Source of the DNA: Octopus vulgaris
Lineage: Eukaryota
Direction: 5' to 3'
Assembly: GCA_951406725.2 (NCBI GenBank)
Contig: OX597821.1
Coordinates: forward strand, 4,898,001 to 4,962,000
Length of the DNA: 64,000 nucleotides
The notes beneath the pieces are model-generated. The model made no database searches and was not told the DNA's origin. It saw only the letters and a program-made list of their open reading frames with translations. The position numbers and the translations under genes were made by a program. This document shows positions 1-14,391 of this stretch, one piece after another (the first letter of the stretch is position 1; every line of letters begins with the position of its first letter).

Positions 1-938
1 AAGAACAGGAGCTGCTTTCGTCCCCATCGTAATTCCACATTCCTGACGACAGTATGTGTCATCAAATAGGAAATAATTGTTCTGAAGTATAAATTTTACG
101 GATTCAATAATAAAGATCTGGTTTATGCGTTTCGGGAGGACTTCGGGGTACTTTTTCAACCAGAATTTAATTGCTTTTATTCCATAGTCATATATATATT
201 TATATATACTGAAGATAATTTGTACATTTTTGTATTTTTGTTCATGCTCGTACACGTTAAATTAATAAAGTCAAACAATTATAAAACACCAGGAGTCAGT
301 AGTAAACCAAGGACGAAACGTTTCTTGCTATATTTATTGAAACGCCTCTGCTTCCGTTTATGTTGCTTTTACAGAGCCGTACTTCTGTTTACCTATCTTT
401 TAGTTTCACTTTCATTTTTAATGAGAAAAACGTTTAACGTATCGTGAACTAAATCTGTTGTTACAATGACACTCTGTATTTTGAGATTAACAGTTGAGGA
501 TAATCCAAAACGAAATTAAATACGACCAAGTATTTTATTCAACACCGTTTCTAAGCTCTGAGATATTTGAGTTAAGCCTTGACAAGGCCTCCATCTCCAT
601 ACCAATAGAATATTAAACAATATTCCTTGAGGAATTAGTAAACGTGCGATATGTTATTCCATATTAGAATATGGAAAGAATGACTAATATTTCACAACGA
701 TACATTAACATGGTTAATCTGTGAAATATTGTTTTTTTATGTTGAGCTAGAATAATACAAATCTGCGTGGCATTAGCCGGCATTTAAATAATCTGATAAG
801 AGTGCTAAAATAACATAAGTACTCTCAGTATTGCGTGTATAATTAACAGCCTGAAATCTAAGTTTATGTAATATTTGAACTAAGATTTGATTAAAACAAA
901 GACCATTGGTATCAATTATTAAAAAGTTAACCTAAAGC

Positions 939-1435
939 ATAGGGTGTCCCACCCCATCAAAAAAAAGTTATTTCAGAGTCTAATAACATAGCCAATTCTT
1001 TCACAAATCATCTCAAATTTTAGCAAAGTTTGTAAAATGTAAGTTTGAGTCGGACATGACAGTGATAATGACAATGTGTGATTGAAATAGCCAGCACATT
1101 CTCCTAACTTGACACGTTGTGATTTCCTCTTTGGAGCTATGTGAAAAGACTGGTCTGTATTCCACCTCTTCTTTCAAGCCTAGAGGAAGTCCAGAAGTGA
1201 ATCACTGAGGAACTGAACTACAATACAATAACTGGTATTTATAGTGTCGCAGGCGGTGCGCATATTTTGAAGCTTTGTGGAATTTATTTTGAAATTTCCA
1301 TCACTCTGAATCTTTTGCTCGAATTTCGAATCTTTTATTGCTCAAGGTGAAACCAATTTAATTTCGTTTGCCTAGGCTATGCATTTACTCAGATATTCAA
1401 ATTTCAAATGACGTCAATTTTGGGGTCACTCTCTA
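939..1435 (+). mobile_element. Degenerate, internally deleted Tc1/mariner-superfamily DNA transposon
   Basis: TIR-like ends TAGGGTGTCCCA (~940) and TTTTGGGGTCACTCTCTA (~1418-1435). Bases 1088-1160 translate, with a stop and one frameshift, to *PAHSPNLTRCDFL/WSYVKRLV, matching the WPxxSPDLxPxDFFLWGYxKxxV transposase motif. Confidence 0.65.
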
Positions 1436-2332
1436 CTTTGGTCACCCACTAAGAACACAATGTACGAAGAAAATTATAAATGACAAGCATTTGAGACGAA
1501 GTTCCTAGAAAAATCTTGTTTTATAACATCCAAGCTTGGACTAAACTACAATATTGTGAATGCGTAGGAATGGAAAAAATGTAGATCATTGATTTTCAAC
1601 CTGGTAAGAATGAATTGAATCCTTGTACATTCTTAAGATATACTGTATTAGAAAATCAACATATAGAGATGAGGAACTATGAGAATGTTATATTATGAGA
1701 GGCATCGCATAAACATTTTATAGAGTAGCTGCGGAATGAGTTATTGTAAAGATCTGAAATTTATTCTCTACTATTACCTACCAAGGATATTGAATCAGGA
1801 GAGTATAATATTTCAGTTAATATATTATCCTCATGAGTTTCTTTCTTTTTCTTCTTGATGTATTACGTTTTAGCTTCTAAAACGTTTAAGATATATTGTG
1901 TTGGGTATTCTACATCAGGCAAACGAACACATACTATATGTATATAATACGTACCTTATTGCAAGAGAGAAAGAAAGGGGAGAGAGCGATAGAGAGATAG
2001 ACTGTGTGTGTGTGTGGAGAGAGAAAGGAGAAAATAAAAAGAAATACATCAGTGAAGAGCTATTTATGAGGATTGTCGTATCAATTCTTTTTCACCGATT
2101 TAAAAATTCATTAAACTATGAAAATAAATATTTATTGTAGAGGGACACCAACGAAACCATATAACTATAGCACGAAAATGGATGCATGAGGGCATAATGT
2201 GCTCTGTCCACATCCAGGAAAGGTGAGCAGATTCAATAAGTTATAGGATAATTTATTTGCTATCGCATGTGTGCAAGATCACAGGACGAAGTAATATAAG
2301 GATCTTGGCTACAGTCACTGAAAGAAATGTTT

Positions 2333-2618
2333 GTGGAAGCACATGGCCTAGTGGTTAGAGCAGCGGACTGGCGGTCGAGGAATCGTGGGTTCGAATCTCA
2401 GACCGGGCGATGTGTGTGTTTATGAGCGAAACACCTAAGATCCACGCGGCTCCGGCAGAAAGTAATGGCGAACTTCTGCTGATCTTTCGCCACAAATTCC
2501 TCTCACTCTTTCCTTTTGCATCTGGCAACGGACCGGCATCCCGTCCAGGTGGGAAACCTATACGCCAAGGAAAACGGGTAACCGGCCCTGATGAGCCAGG
2601 CGTGGCTCGAGAAGGAAC
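2333..2618 (+). mobile_element. tRNA-derived SINE with V-domain-like core
   Basis: A box TGGCCTAGTGG, B box GGTTCGAATCT, internal GGACCGGCATCCCGTCCAGG (V-SINE-like), and a 12-bp target-site duplication AAAGAAATGTTT at 2321-2332 and 2619-2630. Confidence 0.8.
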
Positions 2619-2899
2619 AAAGAAATGTTTTACGAAATGGCATTTTGTGTCCAGGTAGAAGCGCTCCTCACACAACTTCTGAGGACTGAATAGAAAATTG
2701 AACATCTGTTCGTCACCTCAAACGTAAGAGATGTATACATAGCATTTTTTAAAAAGAAAAATTGGATCCTTTTGCGCATTAGATAGTTTGTTAATAGATG
2801 GCTGTTATCATTATTGGTGGAAAAGGGTAGAAGACTCGTTGTGTATCAAATTGTTGTATCCTGTAATATCTGTCATAAACTGTTGCAATTCTGAGGATA

Positions 2900-3500
2900 G
2901 TAAATTAATTGAACGTTTTTAGATGTATTACTCACGAATATAGAAGGCTTAGTGCGGGTGTTCAGTTGATCAAACTATTCGATAAACATGGTCGGGAATT
3001 CTGGCTTCGATCTCCTTTCTCTCGGATATATGCAAAATTTTTAGAAGAACGACTCTTATTGTTTACATACGATGATACGAAGCCATGGAATGTAATTAGC
3101 CGTGCTGATTATTTTCAAAATTTTCAGAAACGCTTTAATGTATATAAGTCGATCGATATAACATTACAGCGTAGATACACAGGTCCAGGAGTTACTGCAT
3201 TCTTAGAATCAGGATCTTTGTAAATATTGCAATGAAAATATATGCTTCATTTCACGTACATATTGCAATAACGCCAATGGCTAACACGATTGACATGTTC
3301 TACGATGAGAACATGGAAAACACAATAATAAAGTAACTCTTTCGTGTTGTGGAAGTGGATTAAATGCCCCTAGCCATATTTCCTAATGAGTAGCAAACAA
3401 TTCGACTGTCATACACCAAACAAATCATTGTTGCAAGCAACAGATGAACACTGCACCGTACGCAATAGGGAGAAAATGGAAAGACATTCAGAAATTTATG
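2900..3500 (+). pseudogene. Possible highly decayed LINE (L1/Tx1-like) C-terminal region
   Basis: Weak. PWNVI..FQNFQKRF is followed by CCGSGLNAPSHI (~3340-3380), which resembles the Cx2C-x-H zinc finger after a LINE RT. Many stops and frameshifts. Confidence 0.25.
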
Positions 3501-5076
3501 AGTAAATATTTAAGGATACATTTCCAAAACCTTTCACTTTTAGTTTGGAGCTAAAGATTCCGGCGTTCGAACTTCCAACAATTGCTAGACATCCCTAGAA
3601 ATATAAATTATCGACATAATGTAAATTCGAAATATCAAATTCACTTCAACAGATCCCCGGCTGAGCAGCATTACAACCAGAGCCGCACTTGAACACACAG
3701 GAATTTTCATCCTCTATATCCAGCGAAACAACCTGTTATCGTTTTCGGGTCTAGCCACAAAGTTATTTTGGATATGGCATACCCCGTTCAGTTTGACACT
3801 ATATAATTTTTTATTGCACAATGTAATTTATATCTACCTCTGTATGTGTGTATATATGTTTATCGTTGTTATATTTGTAGTCTATTTTTTTGCTATATAT
3901 AAATATTAAAAATAGTAACAGCTGAGTTATAAACACAGTAGGCTTGTTACATTTCTTCAGTTTCATCATTCATCATATGTCATTTATCATTTACGTATTT
4001 CTATTGATTTGATTGTTTCAAATTTACTAAATACTGTAACAACACAATGCATAATACAGCTCCGAGATGTTAATTTACTTACTGAAAGGCAATATTCCAC
4101 TTTTTCGATACTCGGAGAGTCCCATATATCAAACCGCATCCATAGATGTATGTGTTGCAAAATATTCCGGGTGTCTCTTCATTTGCATTTTCAAATCAGC
4201 CAAAAGCAAATCGATTCTGGAAATTCCCAGCGCAATGTTGTTACAACTTTATTATTTGCAACACTAAAATTATAACAACATGGATGAAAGTGACCTAACA
4301 TCACCTAAGCCTGGCAGTAAATTACTGGAGAAATTTCAGGGTATTCATAATTTTGATGCTGCATAGAGGCAGAATTATAGCTATGCGTTAATTCTACAAA
4401 TAGTAATGGTGAGTATAATAAAGAAAATTATTTTGGCTTTAATTACAATTCTGAGGATATAGAAGAGAGCAAACTGAGACATTTGCTATATGTAAATGGA
4501 ACTTGTCATTATTTATGAAATTTGTCTTAATAATCTCTGTCATTTTTGCCACAGAATCCATCAAAATTTCCTTTGATTAAATTAATATAATTATTGCTGC
4601 CGACACCTGGGGAAATTAAACTTATAATTATTAATGGAAATATAGCCAAGACTATATTTTCTTTTTCGGAACTCAGCATTCAAATTGACATTTAAATAAG
4701 GAAGGTATATTTCATAGCAAAAAGAAACAAAAAATTCACACAGCTATGATAAATATCTTTCGGTCAAGTAAATGCCACGATAATAACTGCTAACACAGAT
4801 ATCAGTTTTAAAATATCTCGTTGACAATCAGTATTAAAATATCTTACTGACATTCAATATATTTCCCTCCCATGTGTATACGCTGTTAATCAAAATAACA
4901 GTTTAGACATCTTCAGTGTAATTTATTATGATGTTTTAGCACATAAGACATGTAAGGAAGTTGTCTTCCTAATATGGAATATATATACATATACACATAT
5001 ATGCATGCATATATGTATATATATATATACACACACACATATATATACATACATATGTACATATACTTATGCTCAT

Positions 5077-5107
<31 letters not shown>

Positions 5108-5239
5108 CATGCCTATATATATGCACATCTATACATGTATATATGTGCGTGTATGTACAATTTTGAGGACTGTCTGCATACATATACCTGTGTGTTTGTG
5201 CTTGTGATTTTGTGTGTGTTTGTGTGTAAGTGTGTGTGT

Positions 5240-5283
<44 letters not shown>

Positions 5284-6369
5284 TCGTTGCAACTCAACTT
5301 CGAGTTACTGAAAGCACTACATGGCTGTTTAGGTCTACTAAGGACCTACAGCGCTTAGCAAATATGTGACAACGTTGAGCGCTTATTCCAGTGGGTATTC
5401 AGAGAATTACAATCCATGTTAAAACATTAAATTCTGGAATTTTCCATTGAATATCTTACTGGTTTTGACTACATGTAACTCTCTCATGAAGCACATTATA
5501 GAAATGCCACATATAAAGAGATGACTGTGTTTGAAGCTTTTTTTACAACGAGGAAAGGACTTGCATGATGTCAACTCCACTGTAAAAAGTCCCTGCAGTT
5601 GCCTCAAAATAAGGTGGCTACTTCGTGGTTGTTATATCAGAGTTGTCCTTCTCCTGGTGAGATCCATAAAACCTCACACTTCCAGCTGATGGATGGCGAT
5701 TAGCTTCATTGAGTTCACGTGCTCTTTGACAAGTTTTGTTTTCATCTTGCTTGGTGTCCAGTGAAAATCATTGTCCGTACCAATCAGGATTGTAAATTTG
5801 TGCTCTTTAGTCGCAGATGGCCTAACCGTGCATACAAAGTAATTTATTTTTAAAGGTGGGTTTTGAAGTATTTAAAGTTATAAATAGTAGCGTGTAAAAC
5901 ATTGGGTTAAAAGAACCTTTACATTAAATAAAGTCAATGGCTACCGGTAAAACTGGAACCGACATTTCTGTAAATATGATAGACGTTCTGACCATAATAC
6001 CAAAGAAATTCTTGGAGGTTTATCCATCCATATTAGAAGCTTTATTCTCCCCAAAGGTGTTTATATTATTCAGACTTTATAAAGTTCGAGCCTTATTGGC
6101 TTTGAGAACTCAAAGTAGATAAAGTTATAAATATTAGTGTGTAACGTATCCGCTAAAAATATGATACTGTGGGTGAGAAAATTTTGAAATCTGAAAGTAG
6201 GACTCGCCCTCATCTTTTGTAAGTACGTCAGACATTCTAACCATGAAAGAACAGTTTTCATAAGGGAACACTTAGCATTTTCTCCTACCATTCTCGAAGT
6301 TTTGATCTTGCCAGCAAGAATTATATGAGAATTACCTTATGAGAATCTATAGACTGCACGAGATATGAA

Positions 6370-7190
6370 GTAAGACTAATAATGTTGATTTGGTAAATGG
6401 TGAGATTGTATGACATCTGTATAAAACATGTAGGTTTGAATTATACGAGTAACCTTAGATTTCCTTCCAATTTCTTTCCAGATATGAAGCTTATAACAAC
6501 GGACTTTTTCTTCAACCTTGTGCGTGAGCAATATCTTCCCTCTTGCTATTTCTAATCCTCGTCGATGTTCCATTTTCTATATATTCCACAAGAAACCATT
6601 GCATATACCAGTAAAAGTAAGTGACATTATTCAGCCAGGATCCTTGAACACCATCTGTTCCCGAGTCTTTCCAATTTTTTGCATCCTGCTTTAATATCAA
6701 TATTATCTACACCCGTTTTATTTTCTTTCTTTTATTGCCTAAGTCACTTTCAAATTTGTATAACCAGTCCACTTTCCTGTTGTGATGAACATATTTACTT
6801 CAAATATCTGATCAGATGTACTTTGCAGGTTCAACGTTTGTCACATTATTATTCCTATGTATATATTCAGTTGTTAAGATATCCTCTCATTGTTTCTGAA
6901 CAGGGCTGTGCTGATGCTGCTCTATTCTTTATCGGTATCTAGTTTTAATGACATTGTCTTTACATTTTCTCTTATCCTTTCTTTCACTATATATAATCCG
7001 CTATCTATGGTGTGGTACTTTCTATTAACCTTGTGCCTGTGTGTTTACCTCACCATCTGTTATTCAATTATTGCTTATAACCTTCTAACATCTCTTTTGT
7101 GATATTCAACATCAATTTTCAAGCCATTTTGTTTGGCTGTTATACTACAAGAATGTTGTGGCGGCAGAACTTGCATATTTTATGTCGTCA
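6370..7190 (-). mobile_element. Old R4/Dong-type non-LTR retrotransposon fragment (pre-RT and RT domain 0-1)
   Basis: Broken frames give KNWKDSGTDGVQGSWL...EYIENGT and IARGKILLTHKVEEK, similar to the KNWKAPGxDGIxGYWLK...WLxxGRTxLIxK pattern of R4/Dong RTs. Abuts the (ATT)n tract at 7209. Confidence 0.55.
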
Positions 7191-7208
7191 TAGGCAGCAA
7201 TTATATTG

Positions 7209-7363
7209 CATCATTATTATTATTATCATTATTATTATTATTATTATTATCATTATTATCATCATCATCATCATCATCATCATCATTATTATTATTATTA
7301 TGATTATTATTATTATCATCATCATCATCATCATCATTATTATTATTGTTATTATTATTATTA

Positions 7364-7412
<49 letters not shown>

Positions 7413-7438
7413 TATCATCATCATCATCATCATCATCA

Positions 7439-7506
<68 letters not shown>

Positions 7507-7514
7507 GTTATTAT
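7209..7514. repeat. (ATT)n/(ATC)n compound microsatellite
   Basis: Seen directly. Confidence 0.98.
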
Positions 7515-7517
7515 GAA

Positions 7518-8362
7518 GGCGGCGAGTTGGCAGAAACGTTAGCACGCCGGACGAAATGCTTAGCGGTATTTCGTCTGCCGTTACGTTCTGAGTTCAAATT
7601 CCGCCGGGGTCGACTTTGCCCTTCATCCTTTCGGGGTCGATTAATTAAGTACCAGTTAAGTACTGGGGTCAATGTAATCGACTAGTACACTCCTCAAGTC
7701 TTCAGGCCTTGCGCATATAGTGGAAAGGATTATTATTACCACTATTATTAAAAGTCGGTAAGGTGATAGAATCGTCATCACACCGTACAAATTAGTGGTA
7801 TTCGGCCGTCTTTACGTTCTGGGTTTAAATTCCACCGAGCTCGACTGCCTTTCATCCTTTTGTGGCGAAGCACTAGGGTGAGTGAAATCGATGCGTCTCC
7901 TCTCACCAAATTTGAGGCCTCGTTCCTTTAGTAGAAAAGATTATCATTATTATGAAAATAATTATATTCTGAAATCTAGACACATTTGCTGACAATATCA
8001 AAATCAAAGTCGCCATTGTGATTGCATAGGAAAATCCATACATGGACTCAAGTTAAATCTATGTATCCATCACAAATAGATACACCTTCTTTCGTTCTTA
8101 ATCCTTTTGCACCTAAAGCCTTTCCTTCAAGCTCTCATACGTGGAAATCGCTGGGAGTGACGATCATCATCGTCGTTTTTATTTTCAAGGCGGCGAGGTG
8201 ATAGAAGTGTTGCTGCTCCGAAAAAATACTTAGCGGCATTTCTTCTGTTGGAGTCGACTTTGACTCTCTTGTTTTCGGGTCGATAAAATAACAGTTTGGC
8301 AATAGATTCGTAATAATCCACTTCCACCCTCTATATTTACTGTCTTGTACCACAATTTGAAA
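7518..8362 (+). mobile_element. Three copies of Nin/Deu-domain tRNA-SINE (family A): 7518-7730, ~7753-7945, ~8188-8362
   Basis: Head GGCGGCGAGTTGGCAGAAACGTTAGC...GAGTTCAAATTCC and core GCCTTTCATCCTTTCGGGGTCGAT...AAGTACCAG (Nin-domain-like). The later copies are more degenerate. Confidence 0.8.
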
Positions 8363-10004
8363 TTATCATCTTCATCATCATTGTTATTATAAATGTACCA
8401 GATAGCAATAAAACACTAGACGAAGTACTCAGTGCCTAGTTTGTCTCAGGCATTTTATATGAGTGTGTGATTGTGTGTTTTAGTGTGTGTGTGTCTGTGT
8501 GTGTATGTGTGTGTGTGTATGTATGTGTGTGTGTGTGTGTGTGTGCGTGTGTGTGCGTGTGTGATGGAGAGAGGGAGAGAGTCAGACAGACAGAGAGTAT
8601 TCTGCGAGCATTGCGCCAGAATGTGTTTGAAATTTCAATAGAAACTCACTTTTAAAATCTTTGAAACATAAAGTAAATAAAAACTATTACAATATACTTC
8701 CATTTCTCAAAACTTGTGCATTGGCAACTTTGAGGCTGATCCGTATATAAAAGAGATTTCACTATTTTTTTATTTTTATTTTTATTTTAACAGCGCTGCA
8801 AAGTAAAACTTCTTCATACAATCTAATATTTCCTTCTGTTACGTAAAATCGCTTCCATTTGTAATTTTCTCATTTATTTTCTCACTCTTCCGTTTTTATT
8901 GCTTTCTCTCTAAACGTATTCATTATCTTGCCTTTATAGCTATCCTTATCTTCCTCCATTCGTGTTTCACATATCACGCAAACTATATCAAACACTCCAA
9001 AGGATTATACAATTCTATTGGCTCACTGCCCTAAATGCAATAATCCTTCTATCTTCATTGCTTCCTTGCTAAAGTTGAAAGACAAGCCTATAATTGGATG
9101 AAAGACAATGCTTGTACTTAGATCCTTACTTGATTCAATGAAATTTACCGATTAAAAGGAAATGCACTGGAACAGTAATGAGAAAACTACGTTAGTAATA
9201 TGATGGCGTTGTCAATCATGTCAACATGCTGCCGTCTTCTAATACATCTATTTCAATATAGGAATGTTGTTGTCTATTTGTTGTGGATGTTTGCCAAATA
9301 TTTCACCGTACAGGACTAGCCACTGAAACTGTCAGCTAATATATCATTTGCTTATTACTACAGCCAGTTGGCACAAATGTAAAAGCGCCGTACTACATGT
9401 ATTACAAAAGTTAGCGTGCACCTCCCAACGTTTCTACATTGCTTGTTGAAAAGCTACTGTACAAATATAGAAAGTGAGTAATAAAATTAGTACCAGTAAT
9501 ATGTGCTGCTCTGAATAATCGACTCTAGAATCAACTTCACGTTTCCATAAGAAATTTATGAATTTTGACATGATTACAAGTCTAGAATGCTTCATAGGCG
9601 TTGCAAATTTATTAGATAATACCTGAGTACATATTTCATGTGATTTTGTGATCCATATTCATTTCGTAAGACAGACGTCAGAAGTAATACGAAATAAGCA
9701 TAGAGTGCATGTAATAAGTTTTAATGTTATGTAATAGTTGTATAAATCGCTTTCTCAATCGTACGTTGTTGAAACGCTCAAAATGAAGGAATAATCATGG
9801 TATTAAGACCTTCATTTTTGGACATATATATTTGGCTGTTATTTCTAATATTCGACTTGAAAGCCCTCGTTCATGTGCATCCAAAATGAGGACATAATTG
9901 ATAGGAGGTTCGTTAGTACTAGGCATTTGAATATGTTTGTTTGGGTACATATATGTATATATACATGCATATGTATAAATGCGTTCGCACATAAACACAT
10001 AAAC

Positions 10005-10346
<342 letters not shown>

Positions 10347-11549
10347 CGACAAACATACATTCACTATAATTCTGCTAGTTTCTGAAATATATATGTAACT
10401 TTCTTTACAACAAAAGACATTTTTGAATATTGGCGTAGATGCTTCTTACGATTACAAAACGAATAAATCAAAGACTTACGCGTGTAAAAGACAGCATTGG
10501 AATATGTTAAGGGGAAAAGAGAGAAAAATGTACGAGCAGCATCTTTAATTTCTGGTGCAATTTTCTTTTCTTATGAAAACATTTTTTGTTCAGTTGTTTC
10601 ATTCTTGTCTTCTTCTAACTTTAAATGAGTTCGGAGAAGCAGTTCCGGATCGGATATCCATTAAATTTCGTCGAAATTTCCATGATGTCATTTGTTTCAT
10701 TTCAGGGTATAATTCAGAGAAACAAAACACACACACACATACTCACACACTCGCACTCAAACACACACACACACACACACACACAAATAACTCGTGGGCT
10801 TTATGAGATTAATATATGTAGCTCGATGCAGGTTTGGTTTGCTTGCCATTCTTGAATTCACCCACAGAAACAATCAGATAACAATCCGGCTTGCCCATCA
10901 CCTCCTCGCGCACCTTCGCCCACAACGCTTCTTCTTTCTCACTGCCTGCTGACATCTAATCAACTTAAATGAACTTAACTGACCTGTATCCCAGCCGTCA
11001 TATATTATAAACTGCATAAAATGCTTAGAGATTATAGGCTGATATCATATTTAGTTATTGGAAGAAAGTTCTAGATATAATTGAAGAGCTATGGCAATTG
11101 ATGCCAACATTTTATAAGGCGGTTGCAGGGTCGAAGCAAAAGGTTAATTACAGCCAGATAGAAGTAACTTTAACCAACTTAAATTATTCCTTGAATAAAT
11201 GCAAAAGTGATCTCAATTTAACAACATATTATGAGCGGGAGTTAGAATGAAACCTTTTTTTTTCCTTTTTCATCTTTTTTTTTTGTGGTTTCTATTATTT
11301 ACTGAAGTTCAAAAATATTACAAGGAAAATATCTAAATATAGATGCTCGTGATTCCTATCAATTTAAATCATAGAAATGTAGTCCGAAAGCACTAGAATG
11401 TGGAACATTGGAAAATAAATGGCAATAGAAGAATTGGTGCGCTAATAACTCTTTTCAATTCAATTTTTCCTCATTGAAGACCGTTGTCATACAGATCTGA
11501 ACTGTTTAAATGGAAAAGTTTCTTGACACGTGTATAATCACACATGTGT

Positions 11550-11589
<40 letters not shown>

Positions 11590-12347
11590 ACGCATGTAAG
11601 TGCATCTGTCTCTCTCACGCCATCTCTTGCGAACATGCTATATGTGTGTAAATATTTAGGTAGGTAAGTAGGCAGGCAGGTAGAGAGATAGATACGTAGG
11701 TAGGTATGTATGTAAGTATGTAGGTAGGTTGGTAGGTAGGTATGTATGTATGTATGTATGTAGGTAGGTATGTAGGTAGGTAGGTAGGTAGGTTGGTAAT
11801 GGACAGATGCCCCCCAGCAGGCAACAAAACTGCAGTCTAAAGTTGTGTAAAGTGCTCGCTCAAGGCGTGTGACATGGGAAGAGTGAATTGTTAAATTAAA
11901 GCTTGTCATCGGCATCAATGGAGGAAATAAGTAAAGGAAAGTGTGTATCAGATTTGGTAGAAACATGCGCTTTTCATATTGAATTTAAGCGAGCTGCTCG
12001 AAAAGCATCGCCAATGTAGTAAGCTGGAGACAGTTGGTCTACAGTGTCTACGGTCTTTGTAAGTCTCTCAAGAGTTGAGCTCACTTGTTACGAGCGGAAC
12101 CACAAGTGTAGATTATAATTATTTATGAGCGCACAATGTTCTTAATGGTCAGTGATGGCCTTCCGTCACGTAGAAATAGATAGATAGGTAGACAGACACA
12201 CACACAGTTAGACAGCTAGGAATGTTTCATTGAAAACTCATTCTTCCCTCGCATCTGAATCGCATAACACTGCGATCAGCAGTCGAGAATAGGGATATGA
12301 AACCGAACCGCGAGAACAGAATTCAGTTTCAGTAAAGCGTATACTTT

Positions 12348-12396
<49 letters not shown>

Positions 12397-12401
<5 letters not shown>

Positions 12402-12616
12402 CCGGAGTAAACACATAAATGTGAAACAAGGTGGAAAAAAGAGTACTCAAATACCAGTGGTAGAGTAATATGTTTATTTAAAGCAGCAGAAATAACATAT
12501 ATTTCTCGTTGCCGTATCAGACAGTTTTTGCTAGAAAAACTGTCTAGCAAAACTGTCTGATGAACGGCAACGAGAAACTGAGTAACAGATTTCTTGAATT
12601 TCTGCTTTAAATAAAG
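12397..12616. mobile_element. Short PLE footprint (inverted pseudo-LTR pair plus tail) within (TA)n
   Basis: Arms TTTATTTAAAGCAG...TTTCTCGTTGCCGTATCAGACAGTTTT (12473-12534) and AAAACTGTCTGATGAACGGCAACGAGAAA...CTGCTTTAAATAAA (12544-12615) are inverted. Flanked by (TA)n. Confidence 0.75.
12553..12588 (+). ncRNA. Minimal type I hammerhead ribozyme (weak stem II)
   Basis: CTGT-CTGATGA-ACGGCAACGA-GAAA-C-TGA-GTA-ACAG: stem I CTGT/ACAG, intact core, GTA cleavage triplet. Confidence 0.65.
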
Positions 12617-12647
<31 letters not shown>

Positions 12648-12742
12648 CTTTCTCCTCATTCATGGGTTTATGTGCATGTGTGTAGGTATTTATGTATATA
12701 TACATACTCATATATATGCACATATATATATATATATATATA

Positions 12743-13063
12743 CAAACAATTGCAGCGTGGAAGGTGTTTATAAGGTGTTTAAGAAAACAAAAATAACCGT
12801 TAGATTCACTTCAACATTTAAATTTATTTTCCAAAATATTTTCGTCTCTTTGAGACCGCCACCTGATCAATGGCAAAATTGAGTGCGGCATCAGTGATCA
12901 AGTTACGGCCTCAAAACGACGAAGATATTTTGGCAAATTAAATGTTGAAGTGAATCTAAAGGTTCTTTTGTTTTTAAATAGTTTATAAGCACCTTCCACC
13001 CACGTAACAATTGTTTTTGTTTCAGGACACGACCAGCATATTTTTGCAAGGATATCTTCGTAC
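12743..13063. mobile_element. Short PLE-like footprint: ~125-bp imperfect inverted arms plus tail within (TA)n
   Basis: 12744-12869 is the reverse complement of ~12895-13017, with an unpaired tail at 13018-13063. A related single arm plus tail occurs at 31297-31435. Confidence 0.65.
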
Positions 13064-13172
<109 letters not shown>

Positions 13173-13183
13173 GTGTATATATA

Positions 13184-13603
13184 GGCGTAGGAGTGGCTGT
13201 GTGGTAAGTAGCTTGCTTACGAACCACATAGTTCCGGGTTCAGTCCCACTGTGTGGCAACTTGGGCAAGTGTCTTCTACTATAGCGTCGGGCCGACCAAA
13301 GCTTCGTGAGTGGATTTGGTAGACGGAAACTGAAAGAAGCCCGTCGTATATATGTATATATATATATATGTGTGTCTGTTAGTATGTTTGTGTGTTGTGT
13401 TTGTCCCCCCGCAACATCGCTTGACAACAGATGCTGGTGTGTTTACGTCCCCTAACTTATCGATTCGGCAAAAGAGACCGATAGAATAAGTACTAGGCTT
13501 ACAAAGAATAAGTCCTGGGGTCGATTTCCTCGACTAAATGCGGTGCTCCAGCATGGCCACAGTCAAATGACTGAAACAAGTAAATGAGTAAATGAATGAG
13601 TAA
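13184..13603 (+). mobile_element. Bipartite tRNA-SINE with CORE-like segment and internal TA/TG microsatellite (family B)
   Basis: GGCGTAGGAGTGGCTGTGTGGTAAG...GGTTCAGTCCC...TTGGGCAAGTGTC, and 3' half ending CAGTCAAATGACTGAAACAAGTAAA. At least six copies in the window. Confidence 0.85.
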
Positions 13604-13908
13604 ATATATATATATAAAATAGTGAACATCTAAACACCAGAGAAACTACCTTTAACAGGTAATTTTCCACGCTAAAAGAAGCAGTCGAAACTACCAAAAC
13701 CATATTTAAGAGCAACAATTTCGAAAGAAAGGAAAAATAAAAACTGTTGCTTTGCTAATTTTTTATGGTTACACCCAGGTTTCTTAGCAAATAATTTAAT
13801 TTGCAAGGCGAAAATCCCATCCGTAACCGCGCCATAACGTTAATATATAATTTAGAAACAAATAACACGTATCTCACCATGATATATATCTATCTATCTA
13901 TCTATCTA

Positions 13909-13958
<50 letters not shown>

Positions 13959-14071
13959 TGTATATATATATCTTATAAAGAAGGTTATTCTAAAGCCAAT
14001 ACACTGATTTATCCAGTTATAATCTACTTGTTACCGGAAAATTGAACAAGCAGGTATATATTGGTAGATAG

Positions 14072-14132
<61 letters not shown>

Positions 14133-14334
14133 CAGGCAGACATACAGACAGGCAGATATATTAAAAGTCAGGGTACAATAGGTATCTGTTTGCTTGAAAG
14201 AATAGAACTCTCCAAAACCACGTATCTCTCGCATATATTATCTCTCGCCTTTTAGTAAATATTTTGCCTATTTGGGTTATGGTTGCCGGCCACTTTATTC
14301 ATACACACACACACATATATATATATATATTTAC

Positions 14335-14374
<40 letters not shown>

Positions 14375-14391
<17 letters not shown>

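Noticed and set aside
2335-2410. tRNA gene
   Set aside because: The A/B boxes belong to a SINE head with a body and TSD, and there is no complete cloverleaf.
2588-2615. CTGATGA followed by a hairpin in the SINE 3' end, resembling a hammerhead
   Set aside because: No GAAA directly after the stem, and no stem I/III or cleavage triplet.
11806-11824. CTCF-like motif TGCCCCCCAGCAGGCA
   Set aside because: Imperfect single match that cannot be distinguished from chance.
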